Source: a virus
Taxonomy: Duplodnaviria > Heunggongvirae > Uroviricota > Caudoviricetes
Length of the DNA stretch: 64,000 nucleotides
Direction: 5' to 3' (one strand)
Virus record (IMG/VR): IMGVR_UViG_3300022555_000011
Location: 19,381 to 83,380 of that record
Every line of letters starts with the position of its first letter. The first letter of the stretch is position 1. Shown piece by piece: positions 18,123 to 27,378 of the stretch. The translations under genes were made by a program, and so were the position numbers. The notes beneath the pieces are model-generated. The model searched no databases. It saw only the letters and a list, made by a program, of their open reading frames with translations, and had not been told where the DNA came from.

Positions 18123-18955
18123 GTTCGAAAAATATTTCAAATTATGAAATATTAACAGAAGATGGATTTAAAGATGTTATAGCATTACATAAAACTATAC
18201 CTTATGATATGTATAATTTAGTTCTTGAAAGTAAAGAGTTAAAATGTGCAGATTTTCATATTGTTTTTTTAGAAACTGGTGAAGAAATTTTTGTTAAAGA
18301 TTTGATTAAAGGTAATAAAATAAAAACTGTTGATGGTGTAGAGGAAGTTTTGGATGTTATAAATTGTGGTTATGAAAAAGAAATGTATGATTTTGAACTT
18401 GGTGGTGATAATTTTAAATATTACACCAATGGAATTTTAAGCCATAATACCACATTAATTAGAAAATTGGTTTCTGAATTAGCTGAAGATAAAACTATTA
18501 TTTATGTTCCATCATATTTTATGGCTGATATTGCTAATCCAGAATTAATTTCATTTATTTCTAAATTTAGAAATTCTGTTCTCTTATTAGAAGATGCTGA
18601 GAGTATTTTAACTGCACCACAAGATGAAAGAACACAAGCTGTCACAAATATATTAAATATTAGTGACGGATTATTGAATGATCATATGGATATGCAAATA
18701 ATTGCAACATTTAATACTGGCAAAAAGAATGTAATTGATGATGCTTTATTACGAAAAGGTAGATTGATGGTTGATTATAAATTTAAGAAACTTACTGCAA
18801 AACAAGCAACTAAACTATCTAAACATATTGGTCAGAATAAAGAATATACTGAGCCTAAATCTCTAGCTGAAATTTATGAGGAAAAAAATAGTGGTAAACA
18901 ATTGGTAGATAATGATGTAAATACACAAAAAATAGGATTTCAATTTACAAAATAA
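18104..18955 (+). CDS. split-intein C part (115 aa) fused to AAA+ ATPase C-terminal fragment
   Basis: Block B KCADFH, block F MYDFEL, block G ILSHN|T; then TTLIRKL, Walker B LLLED, LLRKGRL; ATG 18104 (or 18095). Confidence 0.88.
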   Translation: MDKKFISSKNISNYEILTEDGFKDVIALHKTIPYDMYNLVLESKELKCADFHIVFLETGEEIFVKDLIKGNKIKTVDGVEEVLDVINCGYEKEMYDFELGGDNFKYYTNGILSHNTTLIRKLVSELAEDKTIIYVPSYFMADIANPELISFISKFRNSVLLLEDAESILTAPQDERTQAVTNILNISDGLLNDHMDMQIIATFNTGKKNVIDDALLRKGRLMVDYKFKKLTAKQATKLSKHIGQNKEYTEPKSLAEIYEEKNSGKQLVDNDVNTQKIGFQFTK

Positions 18956-18960
18956 TCTAA

Positions 18961-19005
18961 TTTCTAAAAAAAAGAACTGAAAATTTCAGTTCTTTTTTTT
19001 AGAAA
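18961..19005. terminator. 22-bp near-perfect palindrome, bidirectional terminator
   Basis: tttct(a8)gaactgaaa-a-tttcagttc(t8)agaaa. Confidence 0.8.
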
Positions 19006-19060
19006 AGGTTTTTTTAATTTTGTAGGACTTTTAACTACAAAAGAATTAGACGCATGACTA

Positions 19061-19068
19061 CAAAGATA
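19061..19068 (-). promoter_or_regulatory. Bacteroidota-type -7 box TATCTTTG with no downstream protein gene
   Basis: caaagata on the + strand, facing the 18961-19005 terminator. Confidence 0.35.
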
Positions 19069-19117
19069 TATTAGTTTAATCACACGAAAATAGATATAAT
19101 AATATTATATATCTATT

Positions 19118-19360
19118 ATGAAAGAATTTTTATTTATGTTTCTTATTTTTGTTGCTAACATTAATTGCTTCTCTCAAAGTACAGCATATGCTAATATTTT
19201 TGTGACAATTGTAGAAGCACCAATACAAATTAAAATAACTTCTGATAGTACTGTAGTTAGAAAAGATATTTATATGGCAAGTATGACATCAAAAATGGAT
19301 ACCACATATGTAAATAGAAGGAAAATTGTATTAAATGCTAAATTGATTAATTATAATTAA
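19118..19360 (+). CDS. small secreted/membrane protein
   Basis: Signal-peptide-like N-terminus MKEFLFMFLIFVANINCFSQ. Confidence 0.6.
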   Translation: MKEFLFMFLIFVANINCFSQSTAYANIFVTIVEAPIQIKITSDSTVVRKDIYMASMTSKMDTTYVNRRKIVLNAKLINYN

Positions 19361-19363
19361 TAA

Positions 19364-20341
19364 TTATTTCTTGTTTAATTCCACAATATTTTTAAATTCT
19401 TGTAAAATTCGTGTCTTATTTTCAGATGGTGAATGGTTTATATAATCAATTACCATTTCATTTAATGATAGTGAAGATTCATTTAAGTCTAGAATGTCTT
19501 CTTTATCTTTTAATATTTCATTATCAATATAACTCACATTAGCAATATCATGTTCAGATATTAGCATTTCTATTTTTAATTTGTTGTCAACTAATAGTTT
19601 TTTATTTATATTCAAACTAATGTAATTATTGATAAATGTTTCAACAGGAATATTTAGGTCTGACTCTGTTTCAATGTTTATCTTTTTGAAGTTCGGACTT
19701 AGTTTATTTTGAACAAATTTATCTTTATTCTCATAAACATCTAGAATAATAAATCCTTTTTTATCATCACCTTCAGTGTTGTATGGACCAGCTAAATTTT
19801 TGATATTTGCAGTTACACCGTTTTTATCATAGAATCCATTATAACATTTTTTGTACATTTTTAGCTTGTTTACTATAATGTCTCTTTTTGGTGAGTTTAC
19901 ATAATCAAAGTTAAAGAAACAATAGTCAGATTCAAATTTATCAAGATCCTCAATTTGTGTATTTCTTGGAAGTGCAACAAAACTTTCATCCAATAAAATT
20001 TCTATTCTTTTAGGTTCTTTTATAATTTCAATATTGTCTATATTTTTAAGGATATTTAATGATAGAGTGTCATTTTCTCCTTCTATAATATATACTGGAA
20101 GTATTTTTGATATCTTTTCAAATAAGTCTTGAATGAATTTTAAGACTGTTAAATCAATTGTTTTTGTTTTGCATAGTAGATTACCTAAATGAATTAATAT
20201 ATCATTTGGTTGAGCGTTATTAGTCAAATAAGGCACAAATTCGTTGTAGAAATAGTAGTCCATGTTTTTCAACCATTCTTTTGAAGAAAGATTTTTTGAT
20301 AGGTTTAAGTTTGTATTGCTTATGATGAATATTTTTGACAT
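19364..20341 (-). CDS. degenerate SbcD/Mre11/gp47-like protein
   Basis: Overall gp47-like layout, but IISNTN, HLGNL and EGEND replace DxH, GD and GNHD. Confidence 0.7.
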   Translation of the reverse strand: MSKIFIISNTNLNLSKNLSSKEWLKNMDYYFYNEFVPYLTNNAQPNDILIHLGNLLCKTKTIDLTVLKFIQDLFEKISKILPVYIIEGENDTLSLNILKNIDNIEIIKEPKRIEILLDESFVALPRNTQIEDLDKFESDYCFFNFDYVNSPKRDIIVNKLKMYKKCYNGFYDKNGVTANIKNLAGPYNTEGDDKKGFIILDVYENKDKFVQNKLSPNFKKINIETESDLNIPVETFINNYISLNINKKLLVDNKLKIEMLISEHDIANVSYIDNEILKDKEDILDLNESSLSLNEMVIDYINHSPSENKTRILQEFKNIVELNKK

Positions 20342-20607
20342 ATTTCGTTTAATTTTTTTAATTTTTCCACTCTTTCTTGTTTTTCCGTAATAAAATAATT
20401 TTTATATAAAGAGCCATTTGCGATATTTGTATTTCCATTATTATTTATTTCATCTTTAGATAAATAACATCTAATATTCCAATCATCATATATGTAAAAA
20501 TCATATGGTATATTAGACATTCGTACAAGATTATACCATTTACCAACAGTTAAACTTAATTGACCTCTTTTTACACATAAAACTTTATCAAATTTCTGAA
20601 TGTTCAT
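20320..20607 (-). CDS. hypothetical protein with C-terminal RVEKLKKL motif
   Basis: 95-aa ORF overlapping both neighbours. Confidence 0.6.
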   Translation of the reverse strand: MNIQKFDKVLCVKRGQLSLTVGKWYNLVRMSNIPYDFYIYDDWNIRCYLSKDEINNNGNTNIANGSLYKNYFITEKQERVEKLKKLNEICQKYSS

Positions 20608-20743
20608 TGATTTTTTTCAATTTTTCTCTTCTCTCTTTTTTTTGTATTTCAATACATTGTTTTTTGTATATGTCAAGTATTTCTTTTTGAGATAAGCAAT
20701 GATCATAATGAATAATTTCTGTTATGCCTTCAACATAATTCAT
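20588..20743 (-). CDS. 51-aa protein not in the ORF track (ends ERREKLKKINEHSEI)
   Basis: Manual translation MNYVEGITEII...; ATGA overlap with the upstream RHH-like gene. Confidence 0.6.
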   Translation of the reverse strand: MNYVEGITEIIHYDHCLSQKEILDIYKKQCIEIQKKERREKLKKINEHSEI

Positions 20744-20895
20744 TTTTTATCTTTTTCTTTCCTTATTAAGTGTTCAATATATTTTGATTTTGAAACACCT
20801 TTTTCTTCTAATAATTTATCTAAAATTTCATCTAATTCTTTATTGATAGATAAAGAAATTGCCTTTTTATGGTTCTCAATTTTAGGTCTTCCCAT
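20740..20895 (-). CDS. ribbon-helix-helix (CopG-like) protein, 51 aa, not in the ORF track
   Basis: MGRPKIENHKKAISLSINKELDEILDKLLEEKGVSKSKYIEHLIRKE. Confidence 0.7.
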   Translation of the reverse strand: MGRPKIENHKKAISLSINKELDEILDKLLEEKGVSKSKYIEHLIRKEKDKK

Positions 20896-20991
20896 AGTTT
20901 TTTATTTTTATATAAAATATTTTAATATTTGTTTAAAAATAGAAAAATACGACTTTATTTTATTTATATATACTATAAAAAAGAAATAAAA

Positions 20992-21153
20992 ATGCCAAAA
21001 ATAAAAAAGACAAAGAAGAAAGTTGCCATTACTGTTGATCCTGATATTTATGAATTTTTAACAAATTTTGAAAATAAATCAAAGTATGTTGAGTATTTAA
21101 TATATAAAGATATTAAGGAATGTGGGTTATTAAAAAAAGAAATTATACTATGA
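20992..21153 (+). CDS. ribbon-helix-helix-like protein, 53 aa
   Basis: MPKIKKTKKKVAITVDPDIYEFL...NKSKYVEYLI; TATATA upstream; ATGA overlap with the GIY-YIG gene. Confidence 0.65.
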   Translation: MPKIKKTKKKVAITVDPDIYEFLTNFENKSKYVEYLIYKDIKECGLLKKEIIL

Positions 21154-21884
21154 TTCATTATGTTTATGCTTATTTAGATACAAGAAAGCCTGGTAAATAT
21201 ATTTATGATGATTTAGAATTTGAATATGAGCCATTCTATATTGGTCAAGGTAAAAAATATAGATGTTCAACTGGATTAAAAAATGGCTCTAAATACAAAG
21301 TTCATAAAGTTAATAAAATAATTAAGGATGGATTTTATCCTAAGATAATGAAATTGTATGAAAATCTAAATTTTGAAAATGCTATCAAGTTAGAGATTGA
21401 AATTATTTCAAAGATTGGTAGATGTGATTTACAAAATGGTCCTTTAGTAAATTTAACAAATGGCGGAGAAGGAAAGTTAAATTTTAAAATTACAGAAGAA
21501 ACAAGATTAAAACAGAGATTGGCTAAACTCGGAAAATCACCATCCAATAAAGGTGTATCACCATCAAATGAAACTAAAGAAAAAATATCAAATTCGTTAA
21601 AAGGTGATAAGAATTTTAATTATGGTAAGCATTTTAGTGACGATCATAAAAAAAGACTTTCAGAATCAAATAAAACTCCACAAATTAAACCAGTCTATCA
21701 ATATAATTTAGAAGATTATTTTATAAGAGAATATGATTCAATATTGTTAGCGTCAATAGATAATAAGATAAATAAATCCAGTATAGGTAAATGTTGTAGA
21801 GGTGTGGTTAATAAAGCTGGTGATTATAAATGGAAATTTAAAAATCCAAATGGTAATCATAGAAAAAATAATAATGAATTATGA
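21150..21884 (+). CDS. GIY-YIG homing endonuclease with NUMOD3/NUMOD1-type tail
   Basis: YVYAY...FYIGQG, NLTNGGEG, SxETKxKISxS repeats, VYQYNLE...CCRG...WKF. Confidence 0.8.
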   Translation: MIHYVYAYLDTRKPGKYIYDDLEFEYEPFYIGQGKKYRCSTGLKNGSKYKVHKVNKIIKDGFYPKIMKLYENLNFENAIKLEIEIISKIGRCDLQNGPLVNLTNGGEGKLNFKITEETRLKQRLAKLGKSPSNKGVSPSNETKEKISNSLKGDKNFNYGKHFSDDHKKRLSESNKTPQIKPVYQYNLEDYFIREYDSILLASIDNKINKSSIGKCCRGVVNKAGDYKWKFKNPNGNHRKNNNEL

Positions 21885-22339
21885 TAAATTACTTTGCGTA
21901 TGGCTCTAACATTTCTTCATTTAGAATGTTAAACGAAAGAAATGTAAATTTTATAAGTAGAAAATTTGCAATATTAGAAAATTATAAATTACTATTTAAT
22001 AAGGTTTCTAAAAAAAATTGTTATTTGGGATTTGCAAATGTTGTAGAATCTAATGGAGATGTTGTTGAAGGTGCAATATATGAATTAAGTGACTCTGATA
22101 TTAATATAATTGATAAATTTGAGGGCGCAAATTCTAAACCAAGTCATTATTGTAGAAAAAATGTAGATGTTATTTGTGATGGTAAAATAATTAATGCTAT
22201 TGTTTATGTTGCTAATCCTGATATGATTAGAGAAAATATTAAGCCTGATAAAAGTTATTTAAATTATTTATTGGAAGGTAAAGATATTTTTAGTGATAAA
22301 TATTATAATGACTTAAAATCAACAAAAACATTGGATTGA
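21881..22339 (+). CDS. gamma-glutamylcyclotransferase (AIG2-like)
   Basis: YFAYGSN, VEGAIYEL, IDKFEG, Y..P...YL motifs. Confidence 0.8.
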   Translation: MINYFAYGSNISSFRMLNERNVNFISRKFAILENYKLLFNKVSKKNCYLGFANVVESNGDVVEGAIYELSDSDINIIDKFEGANSKPSHYCRKNVDVICDGKIINAIVYVANPDMIRENIKPDKSYLNYLLEGKDIFSDKYYNDLKSTKTLD

Positions 22340-22401
22340 TTAATAAAATTTTTTATTTTTAATTTTTATATATACTTTTACAACAAATGTTTAAATAAAG
22401 T

Positions 22402-23112
22402 ATGAAAATAACAGCGATAGGGGATATACATGGTAGAGAAACTTGGAAGGATATAGTTACAGACAATCCAAGTTCTCATTTTGTTTTTTTAGGTGATTAT
22501 CTTGATGCCTATGATATTGAAGAAATTTCTGAAGAAGAGAGTGTAGAAAATTTTTATCAATTATTAGATTTTAAAAAAGGAAATTCAAATAAGGTTACTT
22601 TGTTAATTGGTAATCATGATTTTCAATATTTATACTATCCTTTTGGTGCAACAAATGCAATGTCTAAAAAATATTTACCAGAAATTAGAGAAATATTTAG
22701 AGATAATAAAAATCTTTTTCAATTTGCTTATCAAAGAAAAAATTATTTATTTCTTCACGGTGGTTTGACCAATTCTTGGGTTAAAGAGCATCTTGATTAT
22801 TTAACTAAAATTGGACTAAAACCTGACAAAAGTAATATTGGTGAAATAATAGATAAGGCTGGTCAAGAACTAATTGGAAGATATGCTTTGAGTGAAGTTT
22901 CTTATTATAGAAATGGACCTAAATTATATGGTGGACCTCTTTGGTGTGATCATAGAGAGCTTGTTGCTGATAATTTAGATAATTATCATCAAATAACGGG
23001 TCATAATAAATTTTATGAGATAGAAACTTGGAAAGAAGAGGATGATAGTTCTTCTATCACTTTTTGTGATTGTTTATTTAATAAACTTGATAGTTATACA
23101 ATAAATATTTAA
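22402..23112 (+). CDS. calcineurin-like metallophosphoesterase
   Basis: GDIHG, GDYLD, GNHD, HGG and GHN motifs. Confidence 0.88.
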   Translation: MKITAIGDIHGRETWKDIVTDNPSSHFVFLGDYLDAYDIEEISEEESVENFYQLLDFKKGNSNKVTLLIGNHDFQYLYYPFGATNAMSKKYLPEIREIFRDNKNLFQFAYQRKNYLFLHGGLTNSWVKEHLDYLTKIGLKPDKSNIGEIIDKAGQELIGRYALSEVSYYRNGPKLYGGPLWCDHRELVADNLDNYHQITGHNKFYEIETWKEEDDSSSITFCDCLFNKLDSYTINI

Positions 23113-23121
23113 AAATAGACA

Positions 23122-23171
23122 AAAATGACTTTTTGTTTTTAATATATAGTATAAAAACAAAAAGTCATTTT
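23122..23171 (+). promoter_or_regulatory. 20-bp perfect hairpin ending at the ATG, with ATATATAG in the loop
   Basis: aaaatgactttttgttttta / taaaaacaaaaagtcatttt; loop atatatagta. Confidence 0.75.
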
Positions 23172-24035
23172 ATGAAACATTACACAGAAGAAGAAATAGA
23201 ATTTTTAAAAATAAATTATCCAAAATTTGGTGGTTCTTATTGTTCTTTAGAACTTAATAAAACAAAAAATTCTATTTTAGCAAAAACAAAAAGACTTAAT
23301 ATATATCTAAATGATGATATTAAAAGTGAAATTAAAAGAAATAATTCTTTAGGTTGGTATAATAAAATAGATAATGATTCATATAATGTCGGATATGAAC
23401 AATTTAAAAATATAAATACTCCAGAAATTGCGTATATTTTAGGTTTAATTTGGACTGATGGTGATTGTCATAAAAATAAATATCACAATGATATTAGAGT
23501 TGAGATTATAAAAAAAGATTTAGACGAAATTAGATACATTTTTGATAAAGTTGGAAAGTGGGGATATTATAATAGAAAAAGGAAAAATAAAAAAGAAAGC
23601 GCAATTTTAAAAACCTCTAACAGGCCATTATTAGATTATTTATATTCGGTTGATTTTAATAAAAAATCGTTTGCCAGTCCTGATAAAATTTTAGATAGAA
23701 TACCATCAAAATTAAAAATGTATTTTTTTAGAGGAATTATAGATGGCGATGGCTGTTTTTATAATGGCAAAGGTCTTAAATTGTTTTCTGTAACAAGTTC
23801 AATAGAACAAGATTGGAAATATTTGGAAGATTTATTTAATTCATTAAATATTGAATATAAAATAAGAAAAAAAGAACATAAAAATAAAACTGGAAATATT
23901 TCACATTCTTCATTAATTGAAGTTATTGGTATTAATCGTATAATAAAAATTGGAAATTATATTTATAATGGTTTTGATTTGGATAAAATAGGATTAAAAA
24001 GGAAATATGATAAATATTTGTCAATTAAAAATTAA
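23172..24035 (+). CDS. LAGLIDADG homing endonuclease
   Basis: YILGLIWTDG and FFRGIIDGDG; ATG at 23172 (MKHYTEEE). Confidence 0.85.
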   Translation: MKHYTEEEIEFLKINYPKFGGSYCSLELNKTKNSILAKTKRLNIYLNDDIKSEIKRNNSLGWYNKIDNDSYNVGYEQFKNINTPEIAYILGLIWTDGDCHKNKYHNDIRVEIIKKDLDEIRYIFDKVGKWGYYNRKRKNKKESAILKTSNRPLLDYLYSVDFNKKSFASPDKILDRIPSKLKMYFFRGIIDGDGCFYNGKGLKLFSVTSSIEQDWKYLEDLFNSLNIEYKIRKKEHKNKTGNISHSSLIEVIGINRIIKIGNYIYNGFDLDKIGLKRKYDKYLSIKN

Positions 24036-24322
24036 ATATATCCTTCATTTTCTGCTTCTTTTTTTGCGGCTTCTTCTCTTTCTTCTATTGATTTTCTATG
24101 AGAAAGTGCATCTCTTTTTAATTGCTTTGCAGTCTGTATAATTATTTCTAAATTTTGTCTTAATCTAATTGATGCAACTTTATAATCTTTTTTATAAAGT
24201 TTATAATAATCTACTCTACAATGATTTAGTCTTTCAATAATATCCTCTATTGGATTGTTACTGTCATCATATTCGTCTTCTGTTGTAGACGATATTTTTC
24301 CACCTCTTTCATGATTTATCAT
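24032..24322 (-). CDS. possible histone H1-like (Hc1-family) protein
   Basis: DYYKLYKKDYKVASIRLRQNLEII...AKQLKRD resembles the Hc1 KGNKAAGTRARK helix. Confidence 0.45.
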   Translation of the reverse strand: MINHERGGKISSTTEDEYDDSNNPIEDIIERLNHCRVDYYKLYKKDYKVASIRLRQNLEIIIQTAKQLKRDALSHRKSIEEREEAAKKEAENEGYI

Positions 24323-25268
24323 AATACTCTTTTAATAATTTTTCTTTATTAATTGTCACAACACCAACTTCTTCACATACTATTCCACCAGCTAAATTTG
24401 AAATTTTTACAATTTCTTCAATTTCAATATCATTTAATAACATAGAAACAACAGAAATTACAGTGTCGCCTGCGCCTGATACATCAACAACTTGTCTTGC
24501 TGTTCCAGGTATTATCTTATTAATTATTTCATTATCTTTTTTATAAGACACAAAAATTCCATTTTCTGAAAGAGTTATAAATACAATTTCTATTCCTCTT
24601 TCATGTAATATTTTTGATCCATTTTCTAATAAACTCTGTTTATCAGATTCTATTAGATTTAACCCTTCTCTAAGTTCTTTTAGATTTGGTTTAAATAAAT
24701 TCACATTTTTATAAAAAGAAAAGTTGTTTTTCTTTGGATCTACAAGAATTGGAATTTTTAAGAAACCAGCATTAATTGTTATTTTGTTTATAATGTTCTC
24801 ATTTATAACGCCTTTATCATAATCTTGAAATAATATACAATCAATTTTTTGACTAAGTGCTTTATTTATTAATGTTGAAAAATTTTCTTGATCATCTTTA
24901 TTTAATTCAGATTTAATTTCTTCATCAATCCTTAACATTTGATGATTATTACCAATTACTCTAGTTTTATTTGTTGTTATTCTATTCTCTGTTTGATAAA
25001 TATAATCAAATGATATATTCATATTTTTCAATAAATCTAAAAATAATTCACCACTATTATCTTTGCCGATGACTGAACATAAAATTGGTGTTCCACCTAA
25101 GTTTTTTATATTTGCTGCTACGTTAGCTGCACCACCTAATTTATTTTCCTTATTTGTAATATCTATAATTGGAACTGGTGCTTCTGGTGATATTCTTTCT
25201 ACATTACCAAATAGATATGAATCTAACATAACATCACCTATGATTAAAATGTTTTTATTTTTAAACAA
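24309..25268 (-). CDS. rfaE: heptose-7-phosphate kinase (RfaE/HldE domain I, PfkB fold)
   Basis: IGDVMLD...RISPEAPVP, LGGAANVA, QDYDKG, VDPK, KPNLKE, DVSGAGDTV. Confidence 0.9.
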   Translation of the reverse strand: MFKNKNILIIGDVMLDSYLFGNVERISPEAPVPIIDITNKENKLGGAANVAANIKNLGGTPILCSVIGKDNSGELFLDLLKNMNISFDYIYQTENRITTNKTRVIGNNHQMLRIDEEIKSELNKDDQENFSTLINKALSQKIDCILFQDYDKGVINENIINKITINAGFLKIPILVDPKKNNFSFYKNVNLFKPNLKELREGLNLIESDKQSLLENGSKILHERGIEIVFITLSENGIFVSYKKDNEIINKIIPGTARQVVDVSGAGDTVISVVSMLLNDIEIEEIVKISNLAGGIVCEEVGVVTINKEKLLKEYYDKS

Positions 25269-25316
25269 AGTTTATAATGATTTTTTATGTTATATTAAAA
25301 GTTTATAAAAAAGTTT

Positions 25317-27362
25317 TTAACTACATTGAGTTAGCTGTTTTTTTACTTCTGCTAATGTTTCTTTCATAACATCATCTGAGGTTCCAACGTGTTGATTATA
25401 ATAAGACCTTCCAGTTTTTGGTGATGCAATAGATGCCCATTCTTTAGCTAAATTTTCTTGAAACTCATCATCAGATATTTTTCCATTTAGCCATTTATCG
25501 TAACCTCTTTTTTGTTTCAATAATTGAATCGCCATTTTATCTTGTACTTCAGGAGAAAATTTAACGTCATCCCCTAAATTAAGAGCCTTTTGAATATCTG
25601 GTATACTTGTTAATATAATTTGATATTTTCCCATAGGTGTAGATTTTGCGCCATTTTTAAGCATAACATATTGAACTTGTTTTAATTCTCCCAAATTTAA
25701 ATCTGTTATTGGATTAATTTTTCTACTGCCTATATATTCTGGTGTATATTTACCATAAGCATATGTTATATCATACGCACTATTAAATCCATATTTTTTT
25801 GCAAGAGTAAAGGTTGCGCCTTCACCAGTTGAGATTCTATCTAATAATGTTTTTGTCGCTAATTCTACACAAGAAAGATTTCCAAGATAAGCTGACATTT
25901 CTTCTTCTTTTTTATCTGGATTTCCTTTATTATCTAATGGTGTTTCACTTTCATCACTTTTATTTTTTTGATCTGCTTTATTTATTCCTTCACATGGTGT
26001 ATTAATTGAACCTGTTTGTTTTATTGAATAATCTTGACCATTAAGTTGCTGATTACTTGCTAAATTTTGTGTAGAATATAAATTAACATATCCATTAGAT
26101 ACATCGCCTTGTTCGTATTTGGCTTTTAATTGAGCTGTAGTAAATCCAAATCCCATATCAAAATGCCATCTTTCACTTTTTGGACTTCTGAAATGTTTGC
26201 CCCATCTAAATCCCAATGATTCTCCAATTGATCCAACTGTGTCCCAATCTCCATTTTCAGGTTTTACGTCTATCGCCAATCCATAATTATGATAACTAAA
26301 GCCTGGTCTTGCAGCATTTCCCGTGCTTTGTAAATTCTTTTGATTTTCTATTGATCTGTATCCACTGGTAATTATTAATTTTATTCCAGCACCTTGACAT
26401 TTATTTACAAATGCAATTACATATGGCTGTATATCAGGATGTAAATCTTTAATTTTATTTTTTGATTCTTTATTGGATATTCTATTTATTGCGTTTGGAT
26501 CTGTATCGTTTAATTGTATTTTATCTGAAGGTGATGCATTTTTTAATGTTTCACAGGCTTTATCATTTTGTGATTTTATAGATTTTTCTAATTGCATTCT
26601 ATTTGCTTCGTTTATATCAGGTGGTATTGTTAAATCTATATCATTTTTATTGTTTATTACATCAGGTGTTCTAGTAAGTACTTTAACATTACCATTATCT
26701 ACAATTTTTACACTATTAGATACGAAATCTGGTCTTAAAGATGTATATTCTTTGCATAACATACTAAGTCTTGGTTTTATAATACTACCTAGTGCGCTAT
26801 CAATTAATGATCCATTTCTACCCAATTCTGCCACAAATTTATCCATCCATTCAAAAAATCTTGTTCCTAATACTGCGTCTTGATTTGGACGATTAGAATC
26901 TTTTCCTCTTGAGCCTAAATTTAATTTTTGTGATTCATCTTTTAATTCAATATTAATAGAAGTATTATTAATTGTAATTTTATTAAGTAATTGGTCAATT
27001 GTAAATTCTTTACCTTTTATAAATATTTGTGTTGATTCATCAAATAATAATGAAGTAAAATCAACATATTCTTCATCACTTAAACTTTTAAGTTTATTTT
27101 GAAGATTCACATTATAATTTTCAGAATATATGTAATATGGAGAATATAAATCATCAGATAAAAAAAGCACATTTACTAATTTCCCGATTGCTGGAACTTG
27201 AAAATCTTTTCCAGCAATTCCACCCCAAGGATATGCATATGGAATATCTTCTAATGCTATATTGTGATATAGAGTTTGTACCCTTACTTTAATTCTACCT
27301 TTTCTATTTGGATCTTTGTTATCTTCAACTATACCAACGTAAAAATCTCTTTCTAGTTGCAT
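25317..27362 (-). CDS. gp5-like baseplate hub/spike protein with M15 peptidase and lambda-lysozyme-like domains
   Basis: N-terminal GIVEDNKDP..GRIKVRV; TSGYRS..SYHNYGLAIDV..ERWHFD; GKYQI..FSPEVQD..LAKEWASI. Confidence 0.8.
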   Translation of the reverse strand: MQLERDFYVGIVEDNKDPNRKGRIKVRVQTLYHNIALEDIPYAYPWGGIAGKDFQVPAIGKLVNVLFLSDDLYSPYYIYSENYNVNLQNKLKSLSDEEYVDFTSLLFDESTQIFIKGKEFTIDQLLNKITINNTSINIELKDESQKLNLGSRGKDSNRPNQDAVLGTRFFEWMDKFVAELGRNGSLIDSALGSIIKPRLSMLCKEYTSLRPDFVSNSVKIVDNGNVKVLTRTPDVINNKNDIDLTIPPDINEANRMQLEKSIKSQNDKACETLKNASPSDKIQLNDTDPNAINRISNKESKNKIKDLHPDIQPYVIAFVNKCQGAGIKLIITSGYRSIENQKNLQSTGNAARPGFSYHNYGLAIDVKPENGDWDTVGSIGESLGFRWGKHFRSPKSERWHFDMGFGFTTAQLKAKYEQGDVSNGYVNLYSTQNLASNQQLNGQDYSIKQTGSINTPCEGINKADQKNKSDESETPLDNKGNPDKKEEEMSAYLGNLSCVELATKTLLDRISTGEGATFTLAKKYGFNSAYDITYAYGKYTPEYIGSRKINPITDLNLGELKQVQYVMLKNGAKSTPMGKYQIILTSIPDIQKALNLGDDVKFSPEVQDKMAIQLLKQKRGYDKWLNGKISDDEFQENLAKEWASIASPKTGRSYYNQHVGTSDDVMKETLAEVKKQLTQCS

Positions 27363-27378
27363 TTATTTTATTTTATTT

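Noticed and set aside
20649-20676. TTGACA-N16-TATTGA sigma70-like promoter on the minus strand
   Set aside because: It lies inside the coding 20588-20743 ORF, and other promoters are Bacteroidota-type; likely coincidence.
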